From Desulfotalea sp. (GTDB lineage Bacteria > Desulfobacterota > Desulfobulbia > Desulfobulbales > Desulfocapsaceae), in contig JAOPTU010000012.1 of assembly GCA_051531995.1 (NCBI GenBank), positions 28,430-92,429 of the forward strand: a stretch of DNA of 64,000 nt, given 5' to 3'. The notes beneath the pieces were generated by a model. It saw only the letters and a program-made list of their open reading frames with translations, made no database searches and was not told the DNA's origin. Position 1 is the first letter of the stretch. The number at the start of each line of letters is the position of its first letter. Positions 59,490 to 64,000 of this stretch are shown piece after piece. A program made the position numbers and the translations under genes.

Positions 59490-60655
59490 GCAACCTCGCT
59501 TTCAATTGTCAGATTACCCAGGGTTGCAACAGCAATTTTCGTTTTAATATCACTTTCGCTAAATGTGACAGATCGTAAATCAGGTAAAAGGCCATGCAGT
59601 TTGTCACCTAACAGAGAGAAAGAAAAACGAGAAAAAGGCATGGTGCGAATTATGTCTTTAAAATCTTGATTATCCCTGAATGCGTAGCGAATAATATTTT
59701 CAGCTTCAGCGCACAAAATTTCTATACGCTCATCAGTTAAAAAACTGTCATGGCATAAAACCACCGATAAGTCATAAGGCTCTAAAGGCATGGGCATACA
59801 TAACAACCCGTCACCATGTCCATGGTGGCCCTGTGTTTGTATGTAATCATTTACACTGGCCACCAATTCGCTCGAAGGGGCACCATTATCAACCATTATG
59901 TAGGCGTTTGCTGTGCCGGGTCCACGTGGGGCTCCATGCTCAAACCAAACATAATTGGTGTTTATCCCAGCGAATTTAGTGATGTCAGCACGGTATGCCG
60001 CATCGTGGTGGTATTGGCCAACGGCACTAAATTGGTTTCTACATCTCAGCCGCAATGCTTCGTCGATTTCATCGTCTGTGCCTTCAGCTGATATCCAATC
60101 AACTTCATTTGCAACAGAGGTAATGCCGCTTATTGGTTCAGGTAAAACAGAGTAATACCCAACACCTAAGTTATAGGATTTACCGGGTTGTTCGGCTTCG
60201 ACTTCAATTAAACCGTATGCCATGCCAGCGGTTATTGATTGCTCATTTAAAACTTTAAGGCGATAAACCATGCCATTAATTGGTGGGCTAGCAATAAATA
60301 GCCCTGCACTAATGGTGGTTTCATCATCTGGATTCTCTTTAATAAATTTTACAAAGCCACGGGTTTTTGTGGCGGTCTTTGGTTCTACGTGTACAGCCCA
60401 AGCAAGAAGTTTTAACCATGGGCCAGTGGCATCTTTTAAAAATGCATTTGGTAATACAAAATTAATAAGAAAGTTAACTATCCATAATGCTGGTTGTGTT
60501 ACGCAGGCTGAAAGAAAACGCCAAAAAGGGGAGTATTTAGGATCATTGGCAACACTGACTTTTTCATCTGCATTTAGCTTTTTCCACTCTTCGGTAATGG
60601 CTTCTTTTGTGGTTGGTATCCCAGCCTCTTTCACCATCTCTTCATAAACATTCAT
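59486..60655 (-). CDS. baseplate J-like protein
   Basis: 389 aa. EGTDDEIDEALRLRCRNQF matches the conserved Baseplate_J motif (D-E-x-D-x-x-L-R-x-R). Confidence 0.7.
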   Translation of the reverse strand: MNVYEEMVKEAGIPTTKEAITEEWKKLNADEKVSVANDPKYSPFWRFLSACVTQPALWIVNFLINFVLPNAFLKDATGPWLKLLAWAVHVEPKTATKTRGFVKFIKENPDDETTISAGLFIASPPINGMVYRLKVLNEQSITAGMAYGLIEVEAEQPGKSYNLGVGYYSVLPEPISGITSVANEVDWISAEGTDDEIDEALRLRCRNQFSAVGQYHHDAAYRADITKFAGINTNYVWFEHGAPRGPGTANAYIMVDNGAPSSELVASVNDYIQTQGHHGHGDGLLCMPMPLEPYDLSVVLCHDSFLTDERIEILCAEAENIIRYAFRDNQDFKDIIRTMPFSRFSFSLLGDKLHGLLPDLRSVTFSESDIKTKIAVATLGNLTIESEVA

Positions 60656-60657
60656 TA

Positions 60658-60981
60658 TTATCGTAGCTCCAAATAAAGGGGGCCGAAATCGATGGTGTCG
60701 GCAATCAAATAAAATGTGCCTGGCTCTGGTTCTTCAATGAGGGCCGAGCCTGGTACAATCGTTATCATGTTGTCCACCGCAAGTGTTATTTCCACCTTTG
60801 TTTTTTCTCGCAAATCAACATTTCTGTTAGCAACAAGTGGCGGCAAATATCCTTCTTCACGTATCATGTGGATAATGTTTTGCGCTATTACATCACGGTC
60901 GGTACAAAGTTGCGGTTCCCTTCCTGTATCAAGGGTTAAATCGTCGTCGGTCGCTAATAAATCAAAAAATTTACCTTCCAT
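60658..60981 (-). CDS. small baseplate protein (gpW/gp25 position)
   Basis: 107 aa between the tape measure and J-like genes. Confidence 0.4.
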   Translation of the reverse strand: MEGKFFDLLATDDDLTLDTGREPQLCTDRDVIAQNIIHMIREEGYLPPLVANRNVDLREKTKVEITLAVDNMITIVPGSALIEEPEPGTFYLIADTIDFGPLYLELR

Positions 60982-62670
60982 TTATGTCCCCGCCATTGTT
61001 GCCATACCCGACATTTCTTGTGAATTAATGGGGCGTGAAGTGGTGACACTACCAATATTGGTGGTACTGCTTTTGCTACTTGATGTTGAATTAATAGAGT
61101 TCGCTACATGTTGAGAAACACCACCGCCATTAATCCGTTCACGGCGGTTTGCTGCTGCAAGGGAGGGGCTAGTTTTAGGCACACTAATTTCACCATCACT
61201 AATCATTGAGTTGAAAGCGTTCCCTATCCATGAGACTGCATCGGCAACAAATGAAAGTTTTCCGACAAGTTTTTCAATCCACTCCATAGTGGTTTGAATC
61301 CATCCCACATCTGCAAAGTGAGCTTTCAAATCATCCCAATAGATTATTAGTGCAGCAATGCCACCAATAACGGCACCAATGGCTAACACAATGAGCGTAA
61401 TGGGTGATGTGACAATAGCCATTACTATGCCAAAACCAGTGGCGGCAAGAGAGGCCATGCCGACTACGACTCCAAACAGTGAAACACCTGCAACAAGGGC
61501 CGTAACACCAAGAACGGTATAGCCAAGGTACCTGGTCAAAGTGGGGTGGGCCTGTGTCCATTTGTATAGTTTGCCGGATGCTGCAGCCATGGCAGACATA
61601 ACCGGGTATAAAACAGGGAGTAGTGCTTGACCGAGGCCTGTACTTACAGCACTTACGCCTGATTGCCATTGTTCAAATGGATCAATCATCGTAGACGCCA
61701 TTTGCTCGGCTTTTTCCATGCCAGTGATGTTACCAAGACTACTGATAGATTCAGCAAGGCTATCGGTTTTAGGTAAAAGAAGGTCAATAAGTGCTACGGC
61801 TTCATCAGAACCAAAGGCGTTTTTGATCTCTTCTTTTTCAGCAACGGTGATAACGTCACCATACTTCCCTTTAAGCTTATCAAGAATAGTGACCATGCCA
61901 AGCATCTTGCCCTGGTTGTCCACAAATTCTAGTCCCAGTTTTTCTTGGGCACCGCCTACGCCAGCAAGGAAAGATTTATATTTTGTACCAGCCTCAGAAC
62001 CTGACATGGTTGCTTGCAAAGATCCTAAAATAGCCATTTGATTAGCTTGCTTGATTCCTGCAGATGTTGCAGAAGCGCCAAGAGAACTAAAAGACGAGGC
62101 CATTTCTGAACCAGTTGTTTTAAACATTTGTACTGCGGTGGCGGTTTGCCCGGTTAGTTGGTCAACCCACTTGCCGTTGCCCATCATATTGGCGTTATCA
62201 CCAAAAATACCGTACATGGTGCCCATGTAATCGGTGATGGTTGCCGCATCCGATTTTGTGGCTTTTGCTAGTACGCCGGAAGAAATCGTAAAACTGGAAA
62301 GGTCGTTCCCTTCTAGCCCAGCAATTGCAGATTGGATATCATAGGAGGACCGAACAACCTCGCTAGCACTTCCACCATATTTAACAGAAAAAGCAACGGC
62401 ATCATTAGCAAGGTTTTGTAGAGTACTTTCCCCGACGCCTAAACTTTCCACCTCGCCCATTGCCATGTTGAGACTATGGGCCGGGGAAGCAAGCATGGTG
62501 AGGGCGGCACCAGTCACGGCAATACCAGCAGTGCCAGCACCAATTTTCTTAAATGCCGAACTAGCAGAATCAGAAACGCCTGTAAGGGTTTTCTTGATAC
62601 GACCAGCGGGGCCAGAAACCTTGTCTAGCAAAGACATTGAAAACATTAATTTTTGTAGTTGGCTTGCCAT
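60982..62670 (-). CDS. tail tape measure protein
   Basis: Start at ATG 62670 (MASQLQKLMF); the track starts at an upstream TTG. Ala/Gly/Ser-rich helical protein with a hydrophobic block. Follows the frameshifted chaperone. Confidence 0.75.
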   Translation of the reverse strand: MASQLQKLMFSMSLLDKVSGPAGRIKKTLTGVSDSASSAFKKIGAGTAGIAVTGAALTMLASPAHSLNMAMGEVESLGVGESTLQNLANDAVAFSVKYGGSASEVVRSSYDIQSAIAGLEGNDLSSFTISSGVLAKATKSDAATITDYMGTMYGIFGDNANMMGNGKWVDQLTGQTATAVQMFKTTGSEMASSFSSLGASATSAGIKQANQMAILGSLQATMSGSEAGTKYKSFLAGVGGAQEKLGLEFVDNQGKMLGMVTILDKLKGKYGDVITVAEKEEIKNAFGSDEAVALIDLLLPKTDSLAESISSLGNITGMEKAEQMASTMIDPFEQWQSGVSAVSTGLGQALLPVLYPVMSAMAAASGKLYKWTQAHPTLTRYLGYTVLGVTALVAGVSLFGVVVGMASLAATGFGIVMAIVTSPITLIVLAIGAVIGGIAALIIYWDDLKAHFADVGWIQTTMEWIEKLVGKLSFVADAVSWIGNAFNSMISDGEISVPKTSPSLAAANRRERINGGGVSQHVANSINSTSSSKSSTTNIGSVTTSRPINSQEMSGMATMAGT

Positions 62671-62674
62671 ACAA

Positions 62675-63123
62675 TTATCCCTTGAATGCGTGAGTGACAC
62701 CGTTTGCCACGGCAATATCCATTTTGCGCCAGAAATCTTTTTCTAAAAATAATGCTTCCCCCATGGCCTGGGCGTCAACTTTGCGACCGGGGAAATGCTT
62801 TTGTGCGTAAACACGGGCTTGATACAGGGCAGAATTTTCTACACTCTGCACAACCCCTTCTACTTTCCCATTTCAATTTTAAGCTCTGGAATAAATGCAC
62901 TGCCAACCTTTTCACCAATCATCATGGTGTGGGCCGGGTTAAGAAGAAAAGGTTTTAATGCCTCTTTGCTTTCAGGGCATACCGAGCGCATTAAAAAATT
63001 ATGCAGAGGGGCTACTTTGTTGTTCGGCAGGGTTTCATTGATATATTTTTCTTGTAGTTCCACTGTTGGTTCAAAATAAATCTTTTTCCCGTTAAGTTTA
63101 ATTTCGATTTTTTGTTCTGACAT
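62675..63123 (-). CDS. tail assembly chaperone frameshift fusion (gpGT-like)
   Basis: A -1 slip at GGGAAAG opens a 62-codon extension (VEGVVQSVENSALYQ...THAFKG) with no stop until TAA at 62677-62675, just before the tape measure ATG. Confidence 0.65.
62860..63123 (-). CDS. tail assembly chaperone (gpG-like, zero-frame product)
   Basis: 87 aa immediately upstream of the tape measure gene. Ends ...G GGA AAG TAG. Confidence 0.7.
   Translation of the reverse strand: MSEQKIEIKLNGKKIYFEPTVELQEKYINETLPNNKVAPLHNFLMRSVCPESKEALKPFLLNPAHTMMIGEKVGSAFIPELKIEMGK
62863..62869 (-). other. -1 programmed ribosomal frameshift slippery heptamer
   Basis: G GGA AAG in the zero frame (X XXY YYZ), identical to the lambda G/GT slippery sequence, placed directly before the stop codon. 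Confidence 0.65.
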
Positions 63124-63153
63124 TTTCCATTCCCCTTATTGAGTCTTTGGCCG

Positions 63154-63528
63154 TTAGGCATTGTTTTTATCTTTTAATATTTCTGTTTGATTGGCCAAAA
63201 TTTTCAAAGTGTTGTTCTGAAAATCTAGGTCATTCTTTGTATGGTCTGAAAGTGCTACAGCAAGTTTTTCAATGCTTGATGAAAAATGATTTAATTCAGA
63301 ATCATAATGTTTGACCAGGTTGACTTTGTCTTTTTCACAAATGGAGATTGAAACTTTTCTAGCTAAATCTTTTTTCTGCTGCATCTCATGGTCGTCGAGG
63401 CGTTTTGAGACTGCCACAACTTTTTTATCTGTTCTTTTTTCACCGTCATGGGTACGAACAGCCACAACAACACAGGCAATAACAAAAAGGATTTGTTGCC
63501 AATAGGTCTTAATAATAGCTATCTCCAT
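63154..63528 (-). CDS. membrane-anchored coiled-coil protein, unknown function
   Basis: 124 aa. N-terminal TM QQILFVIACVVVAV and a helical remainder. AT-rich relative to its neighbours. Confidence 0.4.
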   Translation of the reverse strand: MEIAIIKTYWQQILFVIACVVVAVRTHDGEKRTDKKVVAVSKRLDDHEMQQKKDLARKVSISICEKDKVNLVKHYDSELNHFSSSIEKLAVALSDHTKNDLDFQNNTLKILANQTEILKDKNNA

Positions 63529-63530
63529 TG

Positions 63531-63731
63531 CTATTTTTCTAACTCCTGCTGACAGTTAACACAGAGGGTGCAACCTGGTTGTGCCATCCTGCGGCCCTCT
63601 GGTATTTGCTTTTTACATTCAAGGCAATATTCTAGCGAGGGCGTGGTGGACTTTGCGATGCGACTATTTTTCAGCCTCAACCGCAATTCCCGTTCCTCTG
63701 TAATCTTTGCCCTGTCGCCAAAATCAGCCAT
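63531..63731 (-). CDS. TraR/DksA-family C4 zinc-finger protein
   Basis: 66 aa. CLECKKQIPEGRR...CTLCVNCQ. Confidence 0.7.
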   Translation of the reverse strand: MADFGDRAKITEERELRLRLKNSRIAKSTTPSLEYCLECKKQIPEGRRMAQPGCTLCVNCQQELEK

Positions 63732-63734
63732 TAT

Positions 63735-64000
63735 TTACACCAAGTCTTTTGTGCGGGCTGGGTCAAGATATGGAATACCGTTGATGCGAACAAAATCGGG
63801 TGAGGTCACCTCGTATGGTATTTTCACCACCGCTTTTTTGTCGCCCGATGGGTCATAGTCTGGAAGGTCGGTAATTTTAAGCTTGCAGCCGAAGCATTCA
63901 ATTTTTTCTTCTTCCTGTGTTCCTTTTGCGAACCACATTAAATCTATGGGCTCGATAAGCTGCCAAGCTCCGGCGGCTTTTGCGGCTTCACCCACAACAC
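63735..64000 (-). CDS. phage late protein, 5' end outside the window (possibly tail tube)
   Basis: The reading frame stays open to the window edge. Position upstream of the chaperone/tape measure genes. No motif recognised. Confidence 0.3.
   Translation of the reverse strand, partial: VVGEAAKAAGAWQLIEPIDLMWFAKGTQEEEKIECFGCKLKITDLPDYDPSGDKKAVVKIPYEVTSPDFVRINGIPYLDPARTKDLV

Larger units (their letters stand above)
44006..64000. mobile_element. prophage integrated at or next to the 3' end of ssrA (right end beyond the window)
   Basis: An integrase reads toward ssrA. Then replication, immunity, lysis, baseplate, fibre and tape measure genes. Spot GC is higher than in the host. The exact left junction lies between 44006 and about 44158 and is not resolved. 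Confidence 0.85.

Noticed and set aside
61331-61669. 112-aa alternative-frame ORF within the tape measure gene
   Set aside because: It has a Cys/Trp/Arg/His-rich nonsense-like composition and is nested in a strongly supported gene.
62704-63079. Two plus-strand ORFs (84 and 94 aa) across the chaperone/frameshift region
   Set aside because: They are antisense to the gpG/gpGT-like reading frames, whose recoding geometry explains this sequence completely.

Overview
The window splits into two parts. Positions 1-44005 are core chromosome of a low-GC Gram-negative bacterium. Spot counts of single 60-nt lines give about 35-40% GC. The gene content (sigma-54 enhancer-binding regulator, HD-GYP regulator, full Bat/MoxR operon, GatCA) fits a delta-proteobacterium-like (Desulfobacterota-type) organism, but I cannot prove the taxon. 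Recognisable genes are a FabH-like synthase, a hybrid kinase, rlmL, pal, a sigma-54 two-component system with a sigma-54 promoter target gene, Nif3 with the COG1579 zinc-ribbon gene, tRNA-Met, the moxR-DUF58-batABCDE operon, cmk-hisC-gatA-gatC, dnaN-gyrB-gyrA-gpsA, sbcDC, a GspE-type ATPase, smpB and ssrA. A DnaA-box cluster with an (AT)n tract sits directly upstream of dnaN, and no dnaA or recF is present in the window. This is a candidate oriC. From the end of ssrA (about 44006) to the window edge lies a higher-GC prophage, truncated by the window. It carries an integrase, a primase-helicase, a divergent Ner/Cro-like versus cI-like switch, contractile-tail baseplate and fibre genes, a tape measure gene, a tail chaperone with a clear GGGAAAG -1 frameshift site, a lysis cassette and a Dam methylase. 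The best candidate for an undescribed system is a low-GC two-gene cassette at 50571-52052. It encodes a signal-peptide DUF1524/HNH nuclease and a 301-aa single-pass membrane protein of no family I recognise. It is co-oriented with the repressor-like gene, the position where lysogen-expressed exclusion or defence genes usually sit. No rRNA, CRISPR array or IS transposase was seen. All family calls come from motif recognition by eye, and no searches were run.
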